NCBI RefSeq assembly: GCF_004010195.1
Contig: NC_057719.1
Span: forward strand, 38,825,733-38,873,830
DNA length: 48,098 bases
Direction of reading: 5' to 3'
Source: Chiloscyllium plagiosum
Lineage: Eukaryota
The notes under the pieces are model-generated. The model had not been told where the DNA came from, did no database searches, and worked only from the letters and a program-made list of their open reading frames with translations. Shown piece by piece: positions 12,645-23,357 of this stretch (position 1 is the stretch's first letter; the number at the start of each line of letters is the position of its first letter). A program made the position numbers and the translations under genes.

Positions 12645-12960
12645 GGGCGGCACGGTGGCACAGTGGTTAGCACTGCTGCCTCACAGCGCCTCAGGCGACT
12701 GACTGTGTGGAGTTTGCGTATTCTCCCCGTGTCTGCGTGGGTTTCCTCCGGGTGCTCCGGTTTCCTCCCACAGTCCAAAGATGTGCAGGTCAAGTGAATT
12801 GGCCATGCTAAATTGTCCGTAGTGTTAGGTAAGAGGTAAATGTAAGGGTATGGGTGGTTTGCGCTTCGGCGGGTCGGTGTGGACTTGTTGGGCCGAAGGG
12901 CCTGTTTCCACACTCTAATCTAATATCTAACCTAATATAAATATCTAAAAAAAATCTAAA
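12645..12960 (+). mobile_element. Young HE1/V-SINE-type SINE with B box deleted
   Basis: Nearly identical to 39688-40012 but lacks the segment between two CGCC motifs that contains GGTTCAATTCC. (TAATC)-like tail. Confidence 0.93.
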
Positions 12961-13482
12961 ATATTAAGTCACCTCCTGTTAGCAGATAACCTCCTGTTAC
13001 CAGTAGTTTCCCCCAGTGGAAGAATCTGTAATGGGGATGAAGTTTGGTGCAACATCACAGAAATAGCCCCACATGGTCGATGCGAGGTCAGGACCAGTGA
13101 CATATAAAGTTCAGGTAGGTGCGATGGTCCTGAACAAGTATGTGGACATATGAAAGCCGCAAATTTGCAAACAGTACAGGAGCAAAATGTGCTCTGTCCC
13201 TTGGAACAGTCAGAAAGGCTTCCAGACCCATTGGTTCACACTCTCCACCAAGTGTTGATGAGTCCTCAAATCAGAGATGTAAATGATGGATTTAGTCACC
13301 TCACCACTTGAAGAAGAGTGTCAAGTTCTACTGAAGTGCACCCAGCACAAGAAGCGATCCCATCTGTTTTACACACCACCTGCATCTGAAGCTGATTTGG
13401 AGGAACCTGACACCATGCTAAAACACACCAGGTGGCTCTCCAACATTGGACGCCAATGTCCTTGGACTCAGGAGGACAGGTA

Positions 13483-13715
13483 TATGGTGATTGTAATCAG
13501 GTCAGCCAAGTGAACCTCGTATGAAATAAGTTTCCTGATTGGGGATGTTAATCTGACCCAATCAGGGAGCCCTGGCTGACAGATTAAAAAAAAGATGAGT
13601 GCCAGAGATACTGACATCCTGAGAGCTGACTCTGAAGAGGCAGTATTAAAGCCAAGGGCTATTCATGTGTATATAAAGGGTGACTTGGTGACAGGATACT
13701 AGCAAAGTTATTTCA
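13483..13715 (+). repeat. 3' LTR of Gypsy element
   Basis: Direct repeat of 8483-8717. Ends TTATTTCA followed by TSD GAAAG, and is preceded by AGGAGGACAGG. Confidence 0.9.
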
Positions 13716-14099
13716 GAAAGCTACCATCATCGTTTTGGCCTACGTATTACTCCAGACCAACAGCAATGTGTTTGACTCTTAACTGTGAGCAGTTATGGAA
13801 TGATGCCTATATCATGTGAACCTATATAAAAAAAGAAACACTTACCTAATGTTATGTTGAAGAGAACTTAGCTACTTCTTTCTACACATTTCTATAGTTA
13901 CTGAGATCAGCATTTCTAGCTGGAAACTCTGATCTCGGCTCATTTAGAAATTAGTAGTATACTTGAGATCAAACTGTTCCCTCAAAGTGCAGGATAGTCT
14001 TGAGAATGTTAAACAACACCATATCTGCTGCAGTCAGTATGCCCTGTTTTGACATTTAAATATCCAGTTACACAACTGGACTCTTTGACAGCTCCCATA

Positions 14100-14967
14100 C
14101 TGATGTTAGGTAAGTTAATGGTTAGGGTGGCAGTTGTATAAAGAGTTATGCTGCAATTAAGTAAGGTCAGAGGTTGAAGGACAGTTTGGTGCAGGCAGTA
14201 AGGATGCTCCAGGCACTGGTGGAATTGTGTTAGGTTGGGAGAGAGGTTTTCAAGGATGTTGCCTGCTATGAAGGTGCTATCTATGAAGAGAGGTTGAATA
14301 GATTTAGGATTGTTTTCTTTAGAAAAAGGGAGATTGAGGGGGAAACCTGATTGAGGACTACAAAATCATGAAGGCTATAGACAGGGTAGATAGAGATAAG
14401 CTTTTTCCCAGGGTGAGGGATTCAATAACGAGAGGTCACGCGTTCAAGGTGAGAGGTGAAAAGTTTAAGGGGGATACATACGGAAAGTACTTTACAATTG
14501 AGGGTTGTAGGTGCCAGCAGAGGTAATAAAGGCAGGCACAGTAGATTCATTTAAGGTGCATCTGGACAGATGCATGAGTAGGTGAGGAGCAGAGGGATAC
14601 AGAATCAGGCAATAGGTTTAGACAGTGATTTGGATTGGCTCGGGCTTGGAGGGCTGAAGGGCCTGTTCCTGGGCTGTAAATTTTCTTTGTTCTCTGTTCT
14701 TTCTTAGGTCAGAGGTATAGTCTAACGGGTTGTGGAAAGTGTATTTGCAGGGTTGCATGTAGAGTCAAAGGGTCAGTTTACTAACTACCCAGGAGTTAGA
14801 CCAGGTTTTTAATTGGCTTTTCCTGGATAGCTATTAGTGAAGTCGAACTCTCCCAAAATGTTTTGTCTTTAATGGATTATTTTATAAGGGGAATCGCCCA
14901 TCAGATTTTTCAGCTTTCTGGGCAGTTTCCATGGAATCTGCTATGTATGAGATTTCATGTGGCCCCA
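14100..14967. repeat. Copy 2 of ancient G/T-rich-interior repeat, interrupted by CR1
   Basis: GGTCAGTTTACTAACTACCCAGGAG...TTTTCCTGGATAGCTATT matches GGTCAGTTGAGTAGTTACCAAGGAG...TTTTCCTGAGTAACTATT at 21171-21240. Ends GGCCCCA. Confidence 0.5.
14205..14703 (+). mobile_element. CR1 LINE 3' end
   Basis: YEERLNR.LGLFSLEK..., TRGHAFKVRG. Tail TTCTTTGTTCTCTGTTCT. Confidence 0.9.
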
Positions 14968-15269
14968 ATATGCAACTTCAATCTGCAACACGCTAAAATA
15001 TAGTGAGTCACACCTTAACCAACTTCAGTCTGAGTGGCCAAGGTACTACACAGTACTTTTGGGTAGAGTTCAAACATTTTGGTTCAATAATAGTGGGGGA
15101 ACTGTGATTTATTTCTGAATTAGGATAGTGCGTGGCATGGAGGGGAACTTTAGGTCATGGTGTTGTTATGCCAGGATAGTTTTGAGCAAGAGAGGCCTTG
15201 GATTTAGAGTGTGCTTATGAAGGAGCCTTGGTGATGACTGATCTAATTGTAACCACAAATCTGCATACA

Positions 15270-15848
15270 ATCTATCCCAATCACCTTTCATCCCCTTGCT
15301 GTCCAGGAATCTCCTTCTGCCTTAAATACATTCAGGGACTCTTCATTTCAGGAAGATGGCTCCAACATGGGCGGCACGGTGGCACAGTGGTTAGCACTGC
15401 TGCCTCACAGTTCATCCCCTTGCTGTCCAGGAATCTCCTTCTGCCTTAAATACATTCAGGGACTCTTCATTTCAGGAAGATGGCTCCAACAATTCATGAC
15501 CCTCAGAGTTTTTATTCTTTTGCCTGCTCTCTACTTTAAATGGGTGATCCCTGACTTTTAAACAGTGATCTCTCGTTCTAATTTCTCCCATAAGAGAAAA
15601 CATCTTCTTGAATCTGCTCTGTCAAGATTCATTGGAATATTATGTTTCAATCAAGTTGTAGATTACTCTGCGCTACTCCTATGGATACCATAGTCTTACC
15701 AACATTTCCGAATAAAATAACCCAGCTTACTCCAGGTATTAGTCTGGTAAGTCTTCTCTGACCTGTTTCTGATGCACTCACACCCTTTCCTAAAGGGTGT
15801 GCTGTGTACTCCAGATGGGATCTTTCCAAGCCCTGTATAAATGAAGCA
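15270..15848 (-). mobile_element. Old CR1 LINE 3' fragment
   Basis: Minus-strand ORF RSHLEY...ETGQRRLTRLIPG, plus an RTRDHCLK-like motif. Confidence 0.75.
15368..15410 (+). mobile_element. 43-nt head of young HE1-type SINE between two identical 81-bp direct repeats
   Basis: TGGGCGGCACGGTGGCACAGTGGTTAGCACTGCTGCCTCACAG. 15287-15367 is identical to 15411-15491. Confidence 0.9.
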
Positions 15849-15894
15849 TAGGGCCAGATTTTCAGAGGAGTGGCCATCTCACCATTAGTGGAGG

Positions 15895-17455
15895 GCTAAT
15901 TACTACACTGCATCTTATCGACGGTAAATGCTGCTGCCACTGTGCATTGAAGGTGAGACATTGAGTGAATGTTGAAGATGGTAAATGCATGCCAATCAAC
16001 TGGGCTGGTGGAAGGTATCAAGATACTTGAGTGGTCTTGAAGTGCACTCATTCAGGCAAGTGAAGAGTATTCCATTACACTCCTAACTTGTAACTTGTAG
16101 ATGGTGGGCACACAATGATGAAGCATGAGAGGAGTTATTAGCTTTAGAATTCCTAGTCTCTGATCTGTTTTTGTAGACATAGCTTTTGTATAGCTGTTCT
16201 TGTTTAGCTTCTGGTCAATAGTAATCCCTGAAAACTTGACAGTGGGAGATTCAACATTGGAAATGTAATTGAATATCAGGTACATTTTCTCTTGGTGATG
16301 GTCAATGTCTATATGATATAAACTGTGTGATTTATATACAGCAACCAGTGAGTTTTCCGTAAATCTGAAGTTAACTATTAACCTCTAAGTATTTCTGTAA
16401 CCATGGTGACCTCTTTGAAAATAGTTTTAAGGCCAGGTTTTAGCAAGGTAAAGTTTGCTAGACATTTCTGGAACTTTTTTTTAAGCTTAAGGTAAACATC
16501 CATAATTTAGAGAGGGAGACATTTAGGTTTCAGGTTTTATTTCATATGGAATAGTCCTGTGAAGTCCTGTGATGGATAGAATGAATTAGGTTACCTTAGA
16601 TTAGGGAGTTAATCTTAGTTCCAGATCAGAAATGTTGGGATAAAGCCCTGAAGAGGTTACTTCAAGCAAAGTATATTGAAACTTAGAAATATCATAGCTC
16701 CAGTAAGAAGCTATCTGAAGTTTCAATCTAAAAGTTGAAGTCACAAGTAACTTTAACTACCAAGGTGTTAGATACAGGGGCTCTAGTGTCAATACTGTTG
16801 AAGTGGTATTGTGGGTACAAGGTCAGGCATGTGTTGTGAGTACTATACAAAAAACTATTTTCTTTCTTTTCAATTCATAAAGGAGTGTTTAAGGATATAT
16901 GGGATTATACATTTAGTTGTGCAATTAAAATATTTGCATTTGTACTTTAAGTAGAAGGTTAGTTCATCCTGTTTTATCTTAATTTCATTTTTAAAATAAA
17001 CTTCTGTCTTCCCATTAAAGCAAATTCTGCCCCATTTTGGTACCTATGTTTCAATTACAGATTATGCCAATAAAGCAATAGCAAATAAAAATATGATCTA
17101 TCAAACCAGGTTTTTATCTGGGATCTGATTTTTCAGTAATAACATTGGCTGAGATCATAATGCCTGTTATAAATGTTATTTGTCACTTATCAGCCCAAGC
17201 TTGGATATTGCCCAGATATGAACAGACTGCTTCAGTATCTGAGGAGTTGCTGAACATTGTGCAATCAGGAAGGTCATAATGAAGCAGGCTGAAGGTGGTT
17301 GCTCTGGGACACTTATTCTGGGGAGCTGCTGCAATGATAACCCAGGGCTGAGATAATTGATCTCCAACAATCACAACAATCCTCCTTTGTGTCAAGTATG
17401 GCTACAACCAGCAGACAGTGGTCCCCCAAATCCTATAGATTCTAGATTTGCTAGG
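15895..17455 (-). mobile_element. Second-family LINE RT/C-terminal fragment, split by a solo LTR (pieces ~15895-16309 and 17161-17455)
   Basis: GITIDQKLN...QRLGIL...TIYKLQVRSVMEYSSLA; QRRIVVIVGDQLS...LGNIQAWADK. Confidence 0.82.
16310..17161 (+). mobile_element. Probable solo LTR (~850 bp)
   Basis: Cleanly interrupts the LINE between GGTCAATGTC and TGCCTG. Degenerate inverted ends TATATGAT / ATCATAA, and AATAAA at ~16996. No coding remnants. Confidence 0.55.
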
Positions 17456-18065
17456 CATTAGTGGTGATCTTTCAGGAATAACTGGAGTCATGGATGAGCC
17501 AAGAGGGCTTGAAAAAGGCTAATGTCGTACCCCTGTTTAAGAAAGGAGGGAGGCAGTGGAAAGGTAACTATAGGCCAATTAGCCTGACCTTGCCGTTGGG
17601 AAGATATTAGAGTTCATTATTAATGATGAGATTGCAGAGTATTCAGAAGTACATGTAAAATAAGATTAAGTCGGCATGGCTTCATCATGGGAAGGTCAAG
17701 CATAATAAATCTATTTGAATTCTTTGAGGACACAAAGATAGGTGGAGGGACAGATGAAGAAGTGGGAAGGTTGCAGAAGACTTGGACAACCAGGAGAGTG
17801 GGCAAAGAAGTAACAGATTGAAACAATGAAAGTGTGAAGTTATAGACTTTAGTAGGAAGAATAGAAGTGTAGACTTTTCTAAATGGGGAAATGCTTTAGA
17901 AATCTGAAGCACAAAGAGACTAAGGAGTCCGAGTTCAGGATTCTCTTAAGGTTAACATGTAAAGTTCAGATGGCAGTTAGGAAGTCAAATGCAATTTTAG
18001 CATTCATTGTGAGAGGGTTAGAATTCAAGAGCGGAGATAAACTGCTGATGTTGCATAAAATTTAG

Positions 18066-18160
18066 GTAAAAATGTGTTGCTGGAAAAGCGCAGCAGGTCA
18101 GGGCAGCATCCATGGAGCAGGAGAATCGATGTTTCGGGCATGAGCCCTTCTTCAGGAATC
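18066..18160 (-). mobile_element. PLE terminal fragment
   Basis: Near-identical to 44725-44813. Flanked by CATAAAATTTAGGTAAA / CATAAAATCCAGGTGAA duplication. Confidence 0.85.
18124..18159 (-). ncRNA. Minimal type I hammerhead ribozyme motif (PLE-associated)
   Basis: AUUC-CUGAAGA-A-GGGC-ucau-GCCC-GAAA-C-AUC^GAUU: intact core boxes, 4-bp stem II and short stem I. Activity not shown. Confidence 0.65.
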
Positions 18161-20511
18161 TTCATAAAATCCAGGTGAACCACATTTGGAATATTGAGAG
18201 CAGTTGTGGTCTCTGTATCTAAGGGAGAATGTGCTGGCATTGGGGGAGGTCCAGAGAAGGTTTAAGAAAATGATCCAAGGGACAAGGGGCTTGTCACATG
18301 GGGACCAGTTGAGGATTCTGGTTCTGTACTCAGTGGAGTTTAGAAGGATGGGGGGAATCAGATTACTAAGAAGCTTGGATAGAGTGGACATGGAGTTATT
18401 TCCACCAGTTGGAGAGACTAGGATCCAAGGCCACAGCCTCACAGTGAAGGGATGACTCTTTAGAATTAAGATGAGGAGGAATTTCTTCAGCCAGAGGTGG
18501 TTAATCTGTGGAACTCATTGCTGTAGAGGTTGTGGAGACCATGCCATTGAGTATTTTTAAGACAGATAGATTGTTAATTTGTAAAGGGACTAAGATTTGG
18601 GGAGAGAAGGCAGGAGAATGGAACTGAGAAACATGTCAGCCATGATCAAGCAGTGGAGCAGACGATGGGCTATATATGTTATCATTGTTCCCAAAATTTG
18701 AGTTCATAAAATAAATTGATATGAATTGCCAATTTATACAGTTGTGAAGTTTACTTTAAGGAACTAAACAAAATTTTGATTTTTGGAAAATTATTCAATG
18801 GAAAATAATCTAGGCATTTCTCAGCTACAAACAAAAAGGAAGTTTGTTTTAGGAGGAATGTACATTGAGTTTAACAAAGCCTGCCTGCCCAATAACATTG
18901 CTTTTGAATCTGGGATAAATGAAAGTAGTTAATCTGGCCAGTGAATTGAAAGAACATTTAAATTTATTAAACCATTAACATATTCCATAGAGAAACTATC
19001 TTTTCTATACAACAGTTGATAATAGTCAGAGGAAATAAATTAAAGATCAAAGTGACAGAAAGAAACATCAGCAAATAAATTAATGCTTACTAAGTACTAT
19101 TCATAAGATGGATACAGGCAAAGAGAGAGCGAGATAATCTTTGAAGTCCATACATGATCTGTTATTTTAATGTTATTAGTGAGGTCATCTGTAGGTGGGA
19201 ATGTCATTTCATGTGGAGTTTATATTTGGAGATATAACCTGGGCAAACCATTCTGTGGATTCACCTTAGATCTCAAATTACCAACCTGTGATGCAGAAAT
19301 GTTAGGTGGGGTGAAAATTAGGCCCAATTAATTTACCTTCAAACAACCTTGTATGTTTGGCAACTACATCTAAAGTATACCATCATAGCATTATTGTCTG
19401 TTTGGTCGAAAACTCTTCTTTTCGTTTCAAACCCACACAGATGGCATGAGTAGGATTCAAAATGTTATTATCTGTGATGATTTTTTCCAACGGTCAATGT
19501 CTCTATGCAAGCCAAGGTTTAAAAAGCAGCACTGCAAATCAGTTGCCTGATTCCTCACTTTCCTTACATTCCATCTATTATCAATAGAAGCATTCTTTAC
19601 AAATGAAGCAGAGCAATTCTAAAAGACTTATTATGAGAAGCTGCATGTTTAATGAACTTATGTTGTTAGAACAAGTGTGATTAATTGTGACAAGTCAACG
19701 CTATGTTACATTTCATTTTCAAGGCAGGAACTATCGGAAATATGAATCCTTTAACTTTTTCTCTTTTATATGAGTCTTGGTAGACATAGGATTAATTTTC
19801 GATGTGTGAGGAAATGTGAATCACAGAGATTGTGAACTTATAATGAGTCTGGCAAATAATTATACAGGAAAAAGGTAATGATAAGCTGCTTATATGTTAA
19901 GAATATCATGTTCAGGATTGACTATGGATCATGACCATCATTGATAAATTAGTATAAGTATTGTCCAATTAAATAACAAGACCAAAGCATTATAGCAAAA
20001 TCAGAAGAGGCCTTGATTACAGAGAATAAATACTCAAATTTGAAGGGGTTCATTACATATATTTCATGAGGAAATAGGGAGCAAAATGTGAAAGTTATGA
20101 ACTATCTGTAGCTGTCATAGCTTGTGGGAAACAAGAAACATTTGAGCTAGGGCATTAAATGTTTTCATTTGTTAAATATAATTTATGTTGTTTAATAGAT
20201 TGTCCAGGTACACAGCATTGAGTGTTCCCTTGTCTGAATTTGTTGTCTGGTCTGCAATGCTGTTATGACCCTGACAACTGGGAAGTGCTGAACAAGGCGA
20301 CTGAAGTGCATGACAGGTAACTTTCCTTCTAAGATGTTGGAAATCACCTGTCAAGTTGTGACGAGTGCTGTGAGCACCAGGGAGGCAAGGCTTCAACTAA
20401 TCACTTTAATGATTTGAAGACTTATTTGACTGTCAGTCTAGCTGAAAAAAAAAGGCTCCAATGAGTTATTGCCTGGTTGACCCCCGTGCGTTACAGGCAG
20501 TTCAGAAAACA

Positions 20512-22001
20512 TGGACCAGATTTTTCAAGGAGTGCCATTCTGCTTCTTATTCTATATAAAAGGAGAAAGCTCCAAATTTTGATCAGGATTCTGATCAGGG
20601 CTCCTTCAGAAATGTGGAGTTGTACTTCCATTCTAACAGTTCTCTGATGGGGCAGAAATATCAGAGGAAGGCAAACCATTTCCCCTTTCCACAACAGTCA
20701 GTTGCTATTTTCTTCAGTTGAAAGGTTCAGCCACATAATGTAAATCCATACGATAAGTATGAGGCTAGTGTGCCAGGACGGTGGAGGTGTCAGGCAAGTA
20801 GGATGCTAGCTGGCTCAGGTGGCAGGTAAGTAGGGTGTGAACAGGAGCAGGTGAAAAGGGTTGGGTCTTGGGTGATGAAGTGGGGTTGGAACACAGGGGA
20901 ATAAAGGGAAGTTATGGATGGGGGTTTGGTTACTGCAACAGGTGAATGCAGGGTTTGGGTGGCAGTGGTTGAAGTGGGGAAGTTGGATATGGTCTAGAGC
21001 AGGTGAAGTGTGGTCAGGGGTGTGAAGATGGATTGGGTGTCAACGTGGGGGAAGGGGAATCAGTTGTGGAGCAGGACGGGTGGGAGTGATGCAGGAAGTC
21101 AGGTCCCACAGGACTGGGGGATAATGCAAGGAGTCTAAGGCAGGTGTGTCTAGATATGGGGTAAGTATGTGGTCAGTTGAGTAGTTACCAAGGAGGTGGA
21201 TTGTGCATTTAATAGTCTAAATTTTCCTGAGTAACTATTTACCTTCAGTCCTTTTGAGTATAGGAGTTAGGACGTCATGTAAGGCATTGAAGAGGCCTCT
21301 TCTGGAGGACTGTGTCCAGTTTTGGTCACTCTGTTATAGGAAGGATAGTACCAAGTTGGAGAGGGTTCAGAAGAGATTTACCAGGATGTTGTGTTGTGTA
21401 TGGAAGGTTGGAGTTATAAAGAAAGGCTGGGACATTTTTCACTGGAGCGTAGGAGGTTGAGAGGTGACCGTTCAAATGTTTGTAAAATCATGAAGGGTAT
21501 AGATAGGGTTAATGTTAGGTGTCTTCCCTAGAATAGGGGATTTCAAGACTGTGGGTATATCTTTAAGGTGAGAGGAGAGAGATTTAAAAAAGACGTGAGG
21601 GGCAATTTTTTACATTGGTGTGGTTCGCATGTGGAATGAGCTTCCTGAGAAAGTGGTGGATGCGGGTACAATTACAAAATTTAAAAGACATTTGGATAAG
21701 TACATGAATAGGGAAGATTTGGAGGGATCTGGGCCAGGAGCAGGCACATGGGACTGGTTTACTGTGGGATTATGCTCAGCATGGACTGGTTGGACTGAAG
21801 CATCTGTTTCTGTGCTGTAGGACTCTATGATTCTATGAATTTAATTTCAGTGGAATGCTCTGAATTAAGTGGAGACTTTCAAAGGGTTCCAGGTGTACGA
21901 CAATTCCTTCAGAGTCGATGATGGTGATTCCACAGGTTCTCCCTGTGCAACTGCCATTTACTGGAATAACAACTGTCTAGCCATCAAAAAATCCAGCCCC
22001 A
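20512..22001. mobile_element. Copy 3 of ancient non-autonomous TIR-like element with G/T-rich interior, interrupted by CR1
   Basis: Ends TGGACCAGATTTTT / AAAAATCCAGCCCCA form an imperfect inverted repeat. G-rich tract at 20770-21170. Subterminal homology with copies 1 and 2, and left-end homology with 15850-15885. Confidence 0.5.
21243..21838 (+). mobile_element. CR1 LINE 3' end
   Basis: RPLLEDCVQFWSLCYRKDSTKLERVQKRFTRML; VRMWNELPEKVVDAGTITKFKRHLDKYM. Tail GACTCTATGATTCTATGA. Confidence 0.92.
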
Positions 22002-22059
22002 TGTGTGCTGGTTCTTAAACTAGAATGCTTAAATTCTCAGTAACTGCATTTTTAAAATA

Positions 22060-22463
22060 CAGGTTGTACCTCCAGAATTCTCTGGTCTGGTAACCTCTGA
22101 GATCTAGCACTTGCAGTATGGTTTTGTTCTGACTTTGGTCCATGTGAAGTCACTGTTAGGCCACGAGGTCAGCAGTCTGCGCCCACATTCATTTTAGTGA
22201 AGCGCTTTATTTTTGGAATAATTCAAATTATACTTGTTGGACGCTTTGCGAATAAGATTTAATACTTATTGCTCACAGCTGAGTGCGGGAGGCTCACAGA
22301 ATTAAATTCTTCAGTCTGACACAGGGACAACAGTCTCTGGGGTCATTTAAAAACTTCTGTGTTGACTCTGACACATAACCACTCCAGAGCCCCGTGGTCC
22401 AACAAATCCTCGGTCTGGCAAGGGCTCGGTTCCAAGGTTGTTGGATTATGGAAGTACAACCTG
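22060..22463. mobile_element. Tc1/mariner-superfamily (pogo/Tigger-like) MITE
   Basis: TIR CAGGTTGTACCTCCA / TGGAAGTACAACCTG, flanked on both sides by TA. Confidence 0.85.
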
Positions 22464-22554
22464 TAACTTAATTATTTACTTGCAGACATCCTCCACAGGA
22501 TCGTCCTACTCCTCTGCCAATGTGGACAGGGTAAAACCTGAGGTTGGATGGGAT

Positions 22555-22696
22555 CACAATAAAAGCAAAATACACTGGATGCTGCAGATCTGAAATAAAA
22601 ACAGAAAGTAAAAGAGAAATCCACCATGTCTGAAAATGTCTCTGGAGAGAGAAACAGGGATAACATTTCTAGTTCAAAACCTTTCTTTGGAACTGG
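22555..22696 (-). mobile_element. Old PLE terminal fragment
   Basis: AAAAGCAAAATACACTGGATGCTGCAGATCTGAAATAAAAACAGAAAG...AACATTTCTAG...CCTTTCTTTGGAAC. Hammerhead core decayed. Confidence 0.6.
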
Positions 22697-22729
22697 ATAA
22701 GATTGCGTTATATTCTCACCCAAACCCAT

Positions 22730-22979
22730 CTCCCCTTTGCAGTTAAATTTCTGCTTACAGTCTGGGGCCAACCAGACCTCCCAGTCACCATCCATTTTAA
22801 TTCCCCTTCCCACTTCCTTTCCATCATGACCATCCTTGGTCTCCTCCATTGCCACTCCCCTTTGCAGTTAAATTTCTGCTTACAGTCTGGGGCCAACCAG
22901 ACCTCCCAGTCACCATCCATTTTAATTCCCCTTCCCACTCCCTTTCCAACATGACCATCCTTGGTCTCCTCCATTGCCA
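22730..22979 (+). repeat. 125-bp tandem duplication spanning the PLE 5' junction
   Basis: 22730-22854 and 22855-22979 differ at about two positions. Confidence 0.92.
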
Positions 22980-23357
22980 CAATGAACCAAACCGCAAATT
23001 GGAGGAACAACACCCCATCTTCCACCTGGACAGCCTACAGCCCAGAGGACTCAACATTAAGTTCTCCAATTTCAAATAATTCCCCTTTTCATCCCTTGAC
23101 TCCCTTCCAAGCCCCTCCCCCTCCATGCCACTGCTTCCTTCCACCAACTGGATTAATTCCTCCCATTGACAAAGCAGGTTGTACCATCTACCAGTCTTCA
23201 CCTATCCCCACTTCACCACCCTGCCCCCGCCACCCCCTGTATCTGCGGCTCCACTTTCACCCACCTCCAGTACTGAAGAACGGTTACACCCGAAACATCA
23301 ACTTCTCCACCTCCTGATGCTACCTGGCTTGCTGTGTTTTTCCAGCCTCCTGCCTAT
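22764..23357 (+). mobile_element. Penelope-like element 3' end (GIY-YIG endonuclease C-terminus + terminal repeat with hammerhead core)
   Basis: PVTIHFNSPSHSLSNMTILGLLHCHNEPNRKLEEQHPIFHLDSLQPRGLN* is the typical PLE endonuclease tail. CTGAAGA-ACGG-ttaca-CCC-GAAA-CATC at 23273-23299. Confidence 0.9.

Larger units (their letters stand above)
10440..13160 (+). pseudogene. Gypsy pol remnant (protease-RT-RNaseH-truncated IN)
   Basis: NGHLVLTEVSTSVAVSVI (degenerate DTGA), LESEGIIKPVQSVEWAA, YATIQTHRGFYQSTRLSSG, INLDDILI (YLDD), ELRSFLGMVNYY, YAQIEKEGFAILFGVRKFH. Confidence 0.85.
8483..13715 (+). mobile_element. Decayed Ty3/Gypsy LTR retrotransposon (Mag-like, short LTRs), integrase core deleted
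   Basis: Two diverged ~235-bp LTRs, 5-bp TSD GAAAG (8478-8482 / 13716-13720) and a purine tract before the 3' LTR. Gag, protease, RT and RNase H remnants lie in Gypsy order. Only the integrase C-terminal GPVTYKV motif (~13090-13110) remains. Confidence 0.92.
8265..13830 (+). mobile_element. Old tRNA-headed SINE (MetaSINE/SlmI-like) split by the Gypsy element; pieces ~8265-8482 and 13716-13830
   Basis: Head GTGGTACAGTGGTAATGTCACTGG. Core CTCACTAATTTCTTTTCAGAAAAGGAAAG continues after the 3' LTR as CTACCATC...TGGCCTACGTATTACTCCAGACCAACAGCAATGTGTTTGACTCTTAACTG. Family assignment is from memory. Confidence 0.6.
17465..18670 (+). mobile_element. CR1 LINE, internally deleted RT plus 3' end
   Basis: KKANVVPLFKKGGRQWKGNYRPISLT; NLFEFFED; LGEVQRRFKKMIQG; TRIQGHSL. 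Confidence 0.88.

Noticed and set aside
20211..20263. ACAGCATTG...CAATGCTGT inverted repeat as a pre-miRNA
   Set aside because: Only ~9-11 bp pair, the interior pairs poorly, and no known mature miRNA was recognised.
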